From: Geopsychrobacteraceae bacterium
GTDB lineage: Bacteria; Desulfobacterota; Desulfuromonadia; Desulfuromonadales; Geopsychrobacteraceae
Direction: 5' to 3'
DNA: 64,000 nt
Assembly (NCBI GenBank): GCA_963662315.1
Contig: OY759353.1
Coordinates: 1,792,001-1,856,000 of the forward strand
This document shows positions 10,459 through 21,157 of this stretch, piece after piece. Each line of letters opens with the position of its first letter. Position 1 is the stretch's first letter. The notes beneath the pieces were generated by a model that was not told the origin of the DNA, did not search any database, and worked only from the letters and a program-made list of their open reading frames with translations. The position numbers and the translations under genes are program-made.

Positions 10459-10956
10459 CTAGGCAAACAACCGATTCACCACCCGTCCCAGCAAAGGCAC
10501 AGCTAAAAACAGCGTAAATATTCGGAAGGTATGTAGAATAGCCACAATATCCGTTCGATATCCTTCCGTTTGGGCCATCAAGGCCATTCCCGACATACCA
10601 CCGGGAGAGAGTCCAAACAAGGCCGTTGCCGAATCAAGAATACCGATCTTCTGAGCACAATAGGCCATAAACAGGGTCAGGACCACCAGGACAAAGGTGC
10701 TTACCATCGCCAGCGGAATGATCTTTGGAATTAAAGCCAGGCTGGAACGTTCAAAGGTCATTCCCAGGGAAATACCCAACATGATCTGAATGACTGTAGA
10801 CACTCTACCAGGAATGACAAAGTGCCCCGGAACGACCACAGCGGCAATACCGGATGCGAGCATCGAACCGACTATAGCGCCTCCGGGAAAATGCATACGC
10901 TGCGCAATAATGCCAGCAATAATGCCAGCAATAATGATAACAACAATACGCTCCAT
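10459..10956 (-). CDS. AbrB family membrane protein (single repeat)
   Basis: PGGAIVGSM, SPGGMSGM and HTFRI motifs; lies downstream of tct genes. Confidence 0.8.
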   Translation of the reverse strand: MERIVVIIIAGIIAGIIAQRMHFPGGAIVGSMLASGIAAVVVPGHFVIPGRVSTVIQIMLGISLGMTFERSSLALIPKIIPLAMVSTFVLVVLTLFMAYCAQKIGILDSATALFGLSPGGMSGMALMAQTEGYRTDIVAILHTFRIFTLFLAVPLLGRVVNRLFA

Positions 10957-11037
10957 AAACTTATTTCTCCGTATCCAGTTGAATAGCTCAGTTTAAACCA
11001 GCAATAACAACACCTCTTCTTTGTTTCGGCGGCGAGC

Positions 11038-11077
11038 AAAAAGGAAACCCCGCTATGCAGATTTGGCGGGGTTCCTT
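11038..11077 (-). terminator. Intrinsic terminator after tctA
   Basis: AAGGAAACCCCGC...GCGGGGTTCCTT stem with an A-run. Confidence 0.55.
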
Positions 11078-11138
11078 ACAGAATATGGAGATGTTGTTTA
11101 TAGTGCAACTTGCTTTCGTGTTGGCCGTAAGCCAAGCG

Positions 11139-12659
11139 TTAATCGGGAATTTCCGGCTCAGGCTCAGCCTTTTTAACCCGAAAGAACTTCCCGATAAAAA
11201 ATGGCAGCAACAAACCGCCAATGGCCATAATCCACAGGCCAATAGCGAGAGGACTGCGCCACAAAACAGTCCAGTCTCCATTACTGATATTTAAAGCACG
11301 GCGTAAATTATCCTCCATCAATTGCCCCAAAAGAATACCTAGAATAATGGGCACTAACGGGATATCAAGTTTACGCAATAACCAGCCCCCGACACCAAAC
11401 GCGATCATCACAAACAGGTCAAAAGGACTATGACTGATGGAGTAAATTCCGATCAGTCCGACAATAGCAACAATCGGCATCAAGACATGCGATGGGACCA
11501 TGAGTAATTTAGCGAAAAAGCCAACCAAGGGCAGGTTGAGGATCAACAGCATAAAATTGCCAATAAACAAGGCTGCTATTAACCCCCAGACAACATCTGG
11601 GTGTTGTTGAAACAGTAGAGGTCCAGGTGTAATGTTCATGGACATGAGCATAGCGAGCAGAACGGCCGTAGTACCACTGCCGGGAACCCCCAGCGTAAGC
11701 ATAGGGACGAGGGCACCTCCGGCTGCAGCATTATTCCCAGCTTCCGGCGCAGCGACCCCCCGGGGATCCCCCGTTCCAAACTTACCATCGTGATCAACCA
11801 GGCGTTTCTCAATGGTATAGGACATAAAACTGCCTAATGACGCCCCTGCCCCAGGCAAAACGCCCGCAATAAACCCAATGACACTGCTGCGGATGGTTGT
11901 TCCCGTAAGTTTAAACATTTCTTTCCATTTCAGCTTAAACTTGTTCACCTTGATCTGCACCACATTGCCGGCATGGCTGTCTTCAAGGAAGAATAGGATT
12001 TCGCTGATAGCGAATAAACCAACAATAGCCACCAGAAAATTAACCCCTTCAAACAGCTCCATCTGGTTCAGTGTATAGCGGGGTTCTCCGGTAGCCGGGT
12101 CAAGTCCGATGGTCGCGATCATCAGGCCAAGAGCTGCGGCCATAAGAGATTTGAACTGGTTTTTACTACTGATCCCGCCGATGGTGGTAAAGGCAAGAAC
12201 AAACAAGACAAAATATTCTGCAGGACCGAAAAACAGGGCAAACTTAGCTAAAAGAGGTGCAAACAGCAACAGTCCGAACGTCGCTATGAGACCTCCGACA
12301 AACGACGATAAAGCGGATATGGCAAGTGCTTCGCCGGCTTTCCCCTGTTTGGCCATGGGAAAACCATCCAGAGTCGTCATGAGCGCTGGCTCATCCCCCG
12401 GGATATTGAGGAGGATACTGGAAATCCGGCCACCGTACATGGCTCCGTAATAAACACTGGTAAGCATTATTAAGGCAGTCGCAGGCGGCAAATGGAGACT
12501 GAACGCCACGGGAATAAGAATCGCAACCCCATTTGAAGGACCTAACCCTGGTAGGGCACCAATAATGGTTCCTAAAAATGCTCCGAGCAGGGCCAGGCTC
12601 AAATTCAGAGGAGTCAGGGCAACTTCGAATCCCTGCATGAGATAAGTCAAGGTTTCCAT
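11139..12659 (-). CDS. tctA: Tripartite tricarboxylate transporter large subunit
   Basis: GALPGLG, NIPGDE, PEAGNNA and LGVPGS motifs. Confidence 0.95.
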   Translation of the reverse strand: METLTYLMQGFEVALTPLNLSLALLGAFLGTIIGALPGLGPSNGVAILIPVAFSLHLPPATALIMLTSVYYGAMYGGRISSILLNIPGDEPALMTTLDGFPMAKQGKAGEALAISALSSFVGGLIATFGLLLFAPLLAKFALFFGPAEYFVLFVLAFTTIGGISSKNQFKSLMAAALGLMIATIGLDPATGEPRYTLNQMELFEGVNFLVAIVGLFAISEILFFLEDSHAGNVVQIKVNKFKLKWKEMFKLTGTTIRSSVIGFIAGVLPGAGASLGSFMSYTIEKRLVDHDGKFGTGDPRGVAAPEAGNNAAAGGALVPMLTLGVPGSGTTAVLLAMLMSMNITPGPLLFQQHPDVVWGLIAALFIGNFMLLILNLPLVGFFAKLLMVPSHVLMPIVAIVGLIGIYSISHSPFDLFVMIAFGVGGWLLRKLDIPLVPIILGILLGQLMEDNLRRALNISNGDWTVLWRSPLAIGLWIMAIGGLLLPFFIGKFFRVKKAEPEPEIPD

Positions 12660-13096
12660 TACATCAACCTCCCTAAAATCCCTGAAGGCAAAGGCAACTC
12701 AAGTAACAGATCAAACAGCGCATAAACGCCAATAGCAACGCCAACCCCTGTCAGTACTGCAGTCTTTGGCGAAGCCCCCAAGCGCCACCCCAAAGTACTG
12801 ACCGTTATCAGGGTCGCAACAATAAAACCAAGCCATTCAAGGAAGGCAACATAAGCCACCAGGAGGATAACGATTAACAACATCTGAAACAGATTTTTAG
12901 GTGGTGGCCATGCCGCCGCAGGGTCGGGCCGGACCAGAAGGTACAGTCCAGTAATACCAAGGACCGCACCCAACAGGTAAGGAAAGGTGCTGGGCCCCAA
13001 AGGATCAGACATAAACCCGGGGTCAAACCCCCGGGCTGTCCAACTGTAACTGAGCGCCAGCAACAGCATCAGCGCACCGAAGATACGATCACTCAT
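12659..13096 (-). CDS. tctB: Tripartite tricarboxylate transporter small subunit
   Basis: 4 TM segments, DPLGPSTFP and LPLPSG; overlaps tctA and tctC. Confidence 0.9.
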   Translation of the reverse strand: MSDRIFGALMLLLALSYSWTARGFDPGFMSDPLGPSTFPYLLGAVLGITGLYLLVRPDPAAAWPPPKNLFQMLLIVILLVAYVAFLEWLGFIVATLITVSTLGWRLGASPKTAVLTGVGVAIGVYALFDLLLELPLPSGILGRLM

Positions 13097-14073
13097 TTAA
13101 CGATACCAAGTTCAATTGAAAGGTCACGAATGTCACTGATCTGCTTATTGACGAAAGCTTCAAATTCTTGCCCTTTTTTGAAGAACGGCATTAGCCCGTT
13201 ATCCGTCATGATCTTCTTCCACTCATCGGACTTATAGACCTTATCCATAGTATCTTCCCAGTATTTATAGGCATCTGCTGGAATATTCTTGGGAACATAG
13301 AAACCACGCCAGTTTGGCCCCACAGCATCGACACCCTGTTCAATGGCGGTCGGAACACCACTCATGGAACCAGGCAAGCGCTCTTCAGAAAGAACGGCCA
13401 GAATACGGATTGATCCGGATTCAAAATGCCCCTGAACCTCACTGACATCACCACTGAAAGCCTGAACATGACCACCCAATAACTGGGTTAATGCTTCTCC
13501 TCCACCTTGAAAGGCGATGTATTTAACCTGCCTTAAATTTTTAATACCTGCAGCCTTGGCGGCAATCAGCATTTTGAAATGATCCCAACCGCCAACAGCG
13601 CTACCTCCGGCGATAGCCACTTTGGTCGGGTCGCTTTTCAAGGCGTCCATCAGATCGCCTAAGTTTTTAAAAGGGGAATCTTTGGCCACGGCGATAACAG
13701 CATAATCAGCACCTAAGGCCCCTACCCACTTGACCATGTCCTTGTTCATGCCGGGGAATTTCCCCTGGGCAAGACGGGTAGTTGTTGCGGTACTGGAAGC
13801 TACCAGCACGTTGGGATCGGATCCTCGTTTACTGACCACGTAGCCAAAGGCGACACCACCACTGGCACCAGGCATATTGGTCACCTGAACAGGACCGGGA
13901 ACGAGTTGGAGGTCATAGAGGGTCTTACCAACCTGCCGGCAGGTAAAATCCCAACCACCTCCCGGGTTGGCGGGAGCAATACATTCAACATTATCCGCCT
14001 GAAAAGCGCATAGAGGAGTCGTGCATACACTACAAAAAACAGTAAAAAACAACAGAAAAACCAGCCTTTTCAT
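13093..14073 (-). CDS. tctC: Tripartite tricarboxylate transporter substrate-binding protein
   Basis: Signal peptide, PANPGGGWD, NMPGASG, NWRG. Confidence 0.93.
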   Translation of the reverse strand: MKRLVFLLFFTVFCSVCTTPLCAFQADNVECIAPANPGGGWDFTCRQVGKTLYDLQLVPGPVQVTNMPGASGGVAFGYVVSKRGSDPNVLVASSTATTTRLAQGKFPGMNKDMVKWVGALGADYAVIAVAKDSPFKNLGDLMDALKSDPTKVAIAGGSAVGGWDHFKMLIAAKAAGIKNLRQVKYIAFQGGGEALTQLLGGHVQAFSGDVSEVQGHFESGSIRILAVLSEERLPGSMSGVPTAIEQGVDAVGPNWRGFYVPKNIPADAYKYWEDTMDKVYKSDEWKKIMTDNGLMPFFKKGQEFEAFVNKQISDIRDLSIELGIVK

Positions 14074-14217
14074 CTTCGACCTCCAGAGCCATAGGTTAAA
14101 AACCTTCTCACGACGAGAAGGGAATAAACGTGTCCTGCATCTGAACTACTGGGCCTTCTTTTACAGACTGCTTGATACTGCTCAAACAACTACAATTCCA
14201 GATTAGTTAAATGTAGC

Positions 14218-15423
14218 CTAAATCACCTTTTCTGCACGTAATTCACTGAGTTCTTCCTGGTTAATGCCAAGAGACAACAAAACATCATCCGTATGCTGTC
14301 CAAGTAACGGTGGAGGGGTATCGACTTGAGGAGTCAAACCATTGAGCTTGAACCCGGGGCGAAAGATTTGCACGGTACCCGCGTCAGGTACATTCTCAAA
14401 GCGACCGATAACTCCTCGGGTGTCTAAATGGGGTTGACACAAAGCTTCCGGAACGGTCAACACCTGCCCCGCAGGAACACCGGCATCATTAAACTCTGCA
14501 GCCCATTGGTCGGCCGCTTTTCGGGACAATTCTTGCTCGAGAAGCTCCTTGAGGATCTGTCGGTTCTGCAGTCGCACCTGACGATCACAAAAACGCGGAT
14601 CACAAATCCAGTCTGCTTTGCCAACCAGCTGGCACAAAGTTTCAAACTGCTCCTGCTTATTGGCCGCGATGTTCAGCAAACCATTTCCGGTCTGAAAGGT
14701 TCCTGAAGGGCTTGCGGTAAAGTTATCATTCCCCATAGGTTTTGGATCTTTACCCGCAATAAGGTAATTAGACACGACCCATCCCATGGTCGACATGATT
14801 GATGACAGCATAGAAACGTCAATAAAAGTAGCGTCTCCTGGTTTTCCGTTACGCCCGGCAAGCACAGATGCAATAGCGAAAGCCGCGCTCATTCCGCCAA
14901 CCGTGTCTGCGACAGGATACCCTACGCGTAGAGGTGCCACTTCTTCATTTCCGGTGATGCTCATGACTCCTGAAAGACCTTGGATAATCTGATCATAAGC
15001 AGGCTGATAGCGCAGCGGACCGGTTGCCCCGAATCCGGAAATTGCACAATAAATGAGATGGGGATTGACCAGTTTAAGATCATCAAAACCAAGATCAAGT
15101 CTCACCATAACGCCAGGACGAAAATTTTCAATCAAAACGTCCGCACTGGTGACAAGGCGTTTAAAAACCTCTTTTCCCTTTGCACTTTTAAGATTAATTG
15201 TGACAGATTTTTTCCCGGCGTTCTGCGCCAGAAAAGAAACCCCCATCTTCTTTTTATTACGCTCCGGGTCAGCTCCCAGCTGACGCGCCAAATCACCGGA
15301 ACCCGGCACTTCGACTTTTATGACATCAGCACCCATATGAGCCAGAAGATGGCCACAAAAAGGGCCGGACAGGACATTAGTGAGGTCAATTACACGAATT
15401 TTATCAAGCGGACGATATGCCAC
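14218..15423 (-). CDS. CaiB/BaiF family class III CoA-transferase
   Basis: LSGPF, GADVIKVE, ENFRPG, AYD. GTG start at 15423 with AGGAGG RBS. Confidence 0.93.
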   Translation of the reverse strand: MAYRPLDKIRVIDLTNVLSGPFCGHLLAHMGADVIKVEVPGSGDLARQLGADPERNKKKMGVSFLAQNAGKKSVTINLKSAKGKEVFKRLVTSADVLIENFRPGVMVRLDLGFDDLKLVNPHLIYCAISGFGATGPLRYQPAYDQIIQGLSGVMSITGNEEVAPLRVGYPVADTVGGMSAAFAIASVLAGRNGKPGDATFIDVSMLSSIMSTMGWVVSNYLIAGKDPKPMGNDNFTASPSGTFQTGNGLLNIAANKQEQFETLCQLVGKADWICDPRFCDRQVRLQNRQILKELLEQELSRKAADQWAAEFNDAGVPAGQVLTVPEALCQPHLDTRGVIGRFENVPDAGTVQIFRPGFKLNGLTPQVDTPPPLLGQHTDDVLLSLGINQEELSELRAEKVI

Positions 15424-15582
15424 AAGCCCTCCTTCGCCAGGAAGAGAATCGAGACAAAAATATTTTTTTAGACAGAATCGTTTTTCACCATACAGAATAT
15501 GAATTATTATTTCAAGCTTTTGTTGCATTAAAAAGAATTGCGTTTTACACTGCAGAATTATTTAGGAAAGGATAAATCAACA

Positions 15583-16293
15583 ATGCCTCAAGATCGCGTC
15601 GAATCTGTTGAACGAGCCCTTAAAATTCTTAACTGCTTTAGTGCTGACAAGCCGATACTTAATCTGATTCAGCTCGCAGAGCTGACCGGCTTTTACAAAA
15701 GCACCATTCTACGTCTGGCCAGTTCCCTTGAACGTTACGGATTTCTTATCAGACAGAATGATGGTCGCTTTATTCTCGGCAGCGCTTTTATACGTTTAGG
15801 AGACATCGCCAGAAATAATTTCAGCATTGAGGGCTTAATCAGGCCGAGACTTGAACACCTTCGGGACCAGCTCAATGAATCTCTAGCCTTCTATGTTCGG
15901 CGGGGTGACAAACGAATCTGCCTTTATCGCGCCAATGCTAACCGGGCTATTGTGCATCAGCTTGAAGAAGGTTTACGCCTTCCCCTGGAAAAAGGAGCAG
16001 GTGGTCGAGTACTACTCGCCTTCAATGGCGAAAAAGGAGAACCCTATGAAACAATCAGAACGCAGGGGTGGTATACCTCAAAAGGGGAAAGAGATCCGGA
16101 AGTTGCCTCAGTAGCGGTTCCCGTCCTCAACGAAGCCGGTGAGGCAATAGCGGCACTGGCCGTCTCAGGACTGATTTCACGCTTTCCGGACGAACGACAA
16201 GCTGAGTGTGCAGAAATACTCAGAGAAAAGGCAAAAGAACTGGCTTACAGCCTCGATCTTCAGCAGCTAACGGAAATTATCAATATGAAATAA
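15583..16293 (+). CDS. IclR family transcriptional regulator
   Basis: VESVERALKIL...KSTILRL HTH and GERDPEVASVAVPV; divergent from the CoA-transferase. Confidence 0.93.
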   Translation: MPQDRVESVERALKILNCFSADKPILNLIQLAELTGFYKSTILRLASSLERYGFLIRQNDGRFILGSAFIRLGDIARNNFSIEGLIRPRLEHLRDQLNESLAFYVRRGDKRICLYRANANRAIVHQLEEGLRLPLEKGAGGRVLLAFNGEKGEPYETIRTQGWYTSKGERDPEVASVAVPVLNEAGEAIAALAVSGLISRFPDERQAECAEILREKAKELAYSLDLQQLTEIINMK

Positions 16294-16350
16294 ACCGGGG
16301 CAGCACGGAACAACGTCACCTACTGCCCCTTCAGATCAAAGCAGCTAAGC

Positions 16351-16800
16351 TTAATCTACCGCAACCTTGACGACCACTTTGTGAATGTCGCCATCGCCGA
16401 TCAGCGGCATATGTGCATCGGCCGGGAAAAAAATAGCAAAATAATCTTCTTTGACAACCTGCCAGGACTCGGACTCTTCATGAAAAAATTGCAGATCCCT
16501 TTCGGCATCATAAGCCATTGACACATCCTTGCATTTTTCAGCAGGGGTCCACCCCATGGTATCAACGCCACCCAGAACCATTTGAATATCGATGTAACGC
16601 TGGTGGGTTTCGATTTTGGCCTGCTCCGGCTTGCGCCCCTTGGTTTTGACGATAGAAGCATAAACCTTTTTTCCGTCGATCGGGTAATCGCCCGGAGCCA
16701 GACTTTTCAGTTCAGGTTGGGTCAAAAATTTAAAAGCCGCGGCAAATCCTTTATTGAGGCTGACATAGCGATCAGCCTGACTGATAATATCGATAATCAT
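16351..16800 (-). CDS. YhcH/YjgK/YiaL family protein
   Basis: ETHQRYIDIQ, FFPADAHMP and KVVVKV motifs. Confidence 0.92.
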   Translation of the reverse strand: MIIDIISQADRYVSLNKGFAAAFKFLTQPELKSLAPGDYPIDGKKVYASIVKTKGRKPEQAKIETHQRYIDIQMVLGGVDTMGWTPAEKCKDVSMAYDAERDLQFFHEESESWQVVKEDYFAIFFPADAHMPLIGDGDIHKVVVKVAVD

Positions 16801-16866
16801 AGGAACCCTTTCTTGTATTTGTAGAAGTCGTAAAACATCACAATGATGCGGTTCACAATAATATAT

Positions 16867-16898
16867 AAAAAAAGCCCGGAATACAAAGTATCCCGGGC
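16867..16898 (-). terminator. Intrinsic terminator after dctP
   Basis: GCCCGG...CCGGGC stem with an A-run. Confidence 0.55.
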
Positions 16899-16922
16899 AA
16901 AAGGCAACAACTGGTCACACAC

Positions 16923-17891
16923 TTATTTTGCTGCCTGAATCTGGTCGACCATATCTTTTCCGAACTTGGCGATGTAACTGTCCCAGGTCTTGGTGATCGC
17001 TTTCTGGAAGGCTGCTTTGTCAACGTCCTTATTGATTTTCATACCGCGCTTCTCAAGGTCAGCCATCATACCGGCTTCCTTTTCAATACTGAGCTTACGC
17101 TGATAAGCTACCGCCTCGGCGGCAACCTCTTTGACCACTTTTTGTTGGTCAGCGTTCAGAGCGTTGAACTTGTTCTGGTTCATGGCAATAACCAGCATCG
17201 CGTAGGAATGCTCGGTCAAAGACAGGTATTTCTGCACTTCGTCATAGTGGAAAGAGTGAGTAATCGGAATCGGATGCTCCTGAGCTTCAACAACACCGGT
17301 TTCCAGAGCGGTATACAGTTCTGATACTGGCAACGGAGTTGGGTTTGCTTTCAACATAGAGAACATTTCGTTGAGCGCTTTCGAATTGTTGGTGCGAATT
17401 TTCAAACCGACAACATCTTCCGGAGTGCGGATCGGTTTACGGGAATTGGTGATATTCCGATACCCGTTTTCCGGGAAACCAAGTCCGATCATGCCGAAGT
17501 TGCTGAAGTCTACCAGCAGCCCTTGACCTACAGGACCATCAAGAACTTTGTAGGCATGCTCACGGCTGGTAAAAATATAAGGGAGCAACACTCCACCAAC
17601 TTTCGGCATCAAGCCTTCAAAGTTGTTCAGGCCGGACATTTCGATATCAATAATTCCAGAACGCACTCCGGTAATCATCTGCTGATCGTTACCCAGCTGA
17701 CCGTGAGGATAAATACGCACAGTCACTTCACCATTGGTACGTTCCTTAATCTTTTCGGCAAAAAACTTGGCCAGTTCCTGCTGCAGATCCGTTTCCGGTG
17801 CGGCATGGGCAAACTTGAGTTCAACGGCCATACCTACTGATGCTGAGATAACCAGCAGCACCGCGACGAGCATAAAAACGACCTTCTTCAT
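16923..17891 (-). CDS. dctP: TRAP transporter substrate-binding protein
   Basis: Signal peptide, YPHGQLG, ENGYR, GLKIRT, LYTALETGVVEAQE. Confidence 0.95.
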   Translation of the reverse strand: MKKVVFMLVAVLLVISASVGMAVELKFAHAAPETDLQQELAKFFAEKIKERTNGEVTVRIYPHGQLGNDQQMITGVRSGIIDIEMSGLNNFEGLMPKVGGVLLPYIFTSREHAYKVLDGPVGQGLLVDFSNFGMIGLGFPENGYRNITNSRKPIRTPEDVVGLKIRTNNSKALNEMFSMLKANPTPLPVSELYTALETGVVEAQEHPIPITHSFHYDEVQKYLSLTEHSYAMLVIAMNQNKFNALNADQQKVVKEVAAEAVAYQRKLSIEKEAGMMADLEKRGMKINKDVDKAAFQKAITKTWDSYIAKFGKDMVDQIQAAK

Positions 17892-17923
17892 TGGACAACC
17901 TCCCTTGGTTATGAATGAAAAAC

Positions 17924-19204
17924 TTAACCGACGATGAATTTCATCGGTACGATGATCAGTTCCGGAAAAATAATGAATACGACCAGCAGCAAGGCATAAA
18001 CCCCGACAAACGGAAGAATGCCTGCCACCGCGTTTTCAATACGAATCTTGCCGACCCCGCAAACCACGTTCAGAACTGTGCCAACCGGCGGAGTAATCAG
18101 CCCGATACAGGCGTTCATGATGAACATGATGCCGAAATAAACCGGGTCAATTCCGGCCATCTTGATCACCGGCATGAGCAGCGGCACCAGGATCAGAACC
18201 GTCGGACTTAAGTCCATGACCATTCCAATAGCCAGAACCAGCAGCATAATTGCGGCCATCAGCAGACGTGGCGTGTCGATCAGCGGTTGCAGCAGGATAG
18301 CAAGTTGCTGAGGCAACTGGGCAATGGTGATCAGCCAGGAAGCAACCATGGCACAGCCGACCAGGAACATGATCATCCCGGTGGCCTTGCCGCTGGAAAT
18401 CAGAACGTGATAAAACTTCTTGAGGGTCAATTCACGGTAGATGACAGCAGAAACAAAGACAGCGTAAACGGCAGCGACAACGGCGGCTTCTGTCGGGGTG
18501 AAGATACCGAAACGAATCCCGACGATGATGATGATCGGCAGGATCAGCGACCAAATACCATCACGGAAAGCTTCGCGAAATTCCTGACTGCTGGCTTTTT
18601 CAGAAACCGGCAGGTCAACATTGCGCACCATGTAGCGCCAGGTCATCAGCAGAGCACCGCCCATCATCAGCCCCGGAGCGATCCCCCCCATGAACAGTTT
18701 GGCTATCGAGATATTACCGGCGACACCAATAATGATAAACGGAACAGAGGGCGGAATGACCGGAGCAATAATTCCACCGGCTGCCAACAGGCCGGCAGAG
18801 CGCGCCGTCGGATAATTGGCCTTGCGCATCATCGGAAACAGAATCGCAACCAGCGCGGCCGCATCAGCAGCGGCAGACCCGGACAGCCCCGCCAAAACAA
18901 CCGATGTAAAGATGGCAACATACCCCAGCCCGCCCTTCTTATGTCCGACCCCGGCCATGGCCAGACGCACAATACGCTGCGACAAACCTCCGCAAGCCAT
19001 GGTTTCACCGGCAACCAGGAAAAATGGAATAGCGAGCAGCGCAAAGCTGTCGACACCATTGACCAGCGACTGGGCCAGGATATCGGCACTGACCATATCG
19101 AGGTGAAACATCAGTGCAACAGAAGACAGCAACAGCGAAAAAGCAACCGGAATACCCAGCAGGATCCCGGCTAACAAAGCACCAAGAAAAATAGCCAATG
19201 TCAT
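17924..19204 (-). CDS. dctM: TRAP transporter large permease
   Basis: LLAIPFF, SGSAAAD, IPPS, GIFTPTE, TPPVG. Confidence 0.95.
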   Translation of the reverse strand: MTLAIFLGALLAGILLGIPVAFSLLLSSVALMFHLDMVSADILAQSLVNGVDSFALLAIPFFLVAGETMACGGLSQRIVRLAMAGVGHKKGGLGYVAIFTSVVLAGLSGSAAADAAALVAILFPMMRKANYPTARSAGLLAAGGIIAPVIPPSVPFIIIGVAGNISIAKLFMGGIAPGLMMGGALLMTWRYMVRNVDLPVSEKASSQEFREAFRDGIWSLILPIIIIVGIRFGIFTPTEAAVVAAVYAVFVSAVIYRELTLKKFYHVLISSGKATGMIMFLVGCAMVASWLITIAQLPQQLAILLQPLIDTPRLLMAAIMLLVLAIGMVMDLSPTVLILVPLLMPVIKMAGIDPVYFGIMFIMNACIGLITPPVGTVLNVVCGVGKIRIENAVAGILPFVGVYALLLVVFIIFPELIIVPMKFIVG

Positions 19205-19698
19205 AACAGCTCCTCCTCGTGAGCGACGGCATCACTTTTGGAACAGAAGCTACGATAAAGAGCAATAGCCCCCATCACCGCCCCGGCAAAGGCTCCGGCC
19301 AGATACATAACGCCGACGGGAATACCACTCATGGGTGAGATATTCGGCCAGTTGGCAAAGGTCTGACGGCAACTGCCAACCAGCAGCATAAGGCTGGAAA
19401 CAAGAATGACCAGGTTAACGATACGGCGTAAAACCCAGACAGCCTTAGGTGGCAGAATTTTATCGATAACACGCAAATCAAGGTGTTCATGATCACGCAA
19501 ACAGATGACCGCACCAAACATGATCGTCCAGACAAACAGGAATCTCGATATCTCTGCCGAGGCCAAAAGGCCACTTGAAAAGCCATACCGAAGAACCACG
19601 TTAACAAAGAGCAAAGCCAGCATAATCACCATTATAGCGGCCATTGCGCTTTCAACTAAGCGCCAGAAAAACGACCAGAACCTGTTCATAAAATCCAT
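19201..19698 (-). CDS. dctQ: TRAP transporter small permease
   Basis: NVVLRYGF...EISRFLFVW, 4 TM segments. Confidence 0.93.
   Translation of the reverse strand: MDFMNRFWSFFWRLVESAMAAIMVIMLALLFVNVVLRYGFSSGLLASAEISRFLFVWTIMFGAVICLRDHEHLDLRVIDKILPPKAVWVLRRIVNLVILVSSLMLLVGSCRQTFANWPNISPMSGIPVGVMYLAGAFAGAVMGAIALYRSFCSKSDAVAHEEELL
19458..19471. promoter_or_regulatory. Candidate auxiliary LacI-family operator inside dctQ
   Basis: TTTTATCGATAACA, 13 of 14 match to TGTTATCGATAACA. Confidence 0.4.
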
Positions 19699-19794
19699 TC
19701 GCTAACCTCTGATTTTCAGCGTTGACAATGACAAAACGAGCTACTTATAAGATAACTCTTAGATATGAGAGCATAGCAAAATTCACCTTCTTGA

Positions 19795-19808
19795 TGATAT
19801 CGATAACA
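19795..19808. promoter_or_regulatory. LacI-family operator upstream of dctQMP
   Basis: TGATATCGATAACA, 13 of 14 match. Confidence 0.7.
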
Positions 19809-19927
19809 TTTTTTGATGGCAAGAAAAAAATGTTGTCGACAGCCAAGTGAAGCGTCGTCTTGGGACGACCTGTCAGCAGGCCACGGACAAAAGAATGGCG
19901 CAAGTCCCCGTCGCAATTAAACTTCTT

Positions 19928-19966
19928 AAAAAGAGCAGCAGAACAATCAGGCTGTTGTTCTTTTTT
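19928..19966. terminator. Intrinsic terminator
   Basis: AAAAAGAGCAGCAG...CTGTTGTTCTTTTTT. Confidence 0.55.
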
Positions 19967-20023
19967 AAAAAAATTTTACGCCGCAGATTTACGCCAAACC
20001 ATTCAGAAATTAATATTTTCCTA

Positions 20024-20890
20024 TTATTTCAATTGTTCAATCACAGCACTCAGATCGAGACCTCCCTGTCCGGCGCTGATCATTTTGGTAAACAGACTTT
20101 CACTGATCCGGGCAAGCGGCAAAGGAATACCTTTATCATCAGATATCCCCTTGGCCGTCACCAGAATTTGTTGCATATACACAGCCGGACCACCCGGTTC
20201 AAAGTTTTTCTCAAGCATACGTTCGCCATGTTCTTTCAGAATAACGGAATCAGCAAAACCACCCAACAAAGCTTGCCGCACGGCAACGGCATCGGCACCA
20301 AGGGACGCAGCCAGATTCAAAGACTCCGCCACGGCAACCACAGTATTTCCGACGATCAGCTGGTTGCATAATTTGGCAATCGAACCGCTCCCTGCCGGGC
20401 CGACATGGGTAACGCGGCCGAGAACAGCAAAGCATTCAGACAAAGATGCGATATCCTCGACCTCACCACCAGCCATGATACTGAGGGTTCCGGCGGCAGC
20501 TCCCCGTTCACCCCCGGAAACAGGGGCATCGATAAAGCGAATCCCTTTCTCCCCAGCAGCCTGGGCCAGTTCTAGGGCTTCAACCGGCGCATAGGTGGCC
20601 ATATCCACCAATAATGCTCCACTTGAAATGGCTCCAAGAACGTTCTGATCAAAATAGATATCACGCCCCGCTTTGTAATCGGACAACATGCAGATCACCA
20701 GCTCGGCCCCCTGCACTGCCTCACCTGGCGTTTCTGCGATCTTTGCACCAAAAGCCGTTAACGGCACTGCCTTCTCACGAGAACGATTCCAGGCAGTCAG
20801 GCAATACCCGGCTTCAGCAAGCCTGCGGGTCATCTGAAACCCCATAATACCGATACCTAAAAATGCTATTTTGCTACCTTTTTTAATCAT
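20024..20890 (-). CDS. NAD(P)-dependent beta-hydroxyacid dehydrogenase (2-hydroxy-3-oxopropionate reductase-like)
   Basis: GIGIMG, DAPVSGG, GSGSIAKLCNQ. Start at MIKKG. Confidence 0.9.
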   Translation of the reverse strand: MIKKGSKIAFLGIGIMGFQMTRRLAEAGYCLTAWNRSREKAVPLTAFGAKIAETPGEAVQGAELVICMLSDYKAGRDIYFDQNVLGAISSGALLVDMATYAPVEALELAQAAGEKGIRFIDAPVSGGERGAAAGTLSIMAGGEVEDIASLSECFAVLGRVTHVGPAGSGSIAKLCNQLIVGNTVVAVAESLNLAASLGADAVAVRQALLGGFADSVILKEHGERMLEKNFEPGGPAVYMQQILVTAKGISDDKGIPLPLARISESLFTKMISAGQGGLDLSAVIEQLK

Positions 20891-21016
20891 ATGCTGATTC
20901 CTTCTGATCTGTGTGTAGAAAGGACCTGCTTGACGACAATTCAGCAATAAGCAGGGTTTTATTCTTTACGCTGACCCAAAGTGGCTATGCTGCTTATACC
21001 ACAGAAGAAACCCTTG

Positions 21017-21030
21017 TGTTATCGATAATC
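21017..21030. promoter_or_regulatory. LacI-family operator in the divergent dehydrogenase/lacI intergenic region
   Basis: TGTTATCGATAATC, 12 of 14 match. Confidence 0.65.
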
Positions 21031-21157
21031 CTTGACCAATTCCCATCAATAGGACGAATATACATGCTGTTGATATTTCAATTGTTATCAGATGAGACTC
21101 TCGGGTGTTTACTTAACAACTGGCAAAAAGCAGTCTCACAGGAAAGAGGATTTCATC

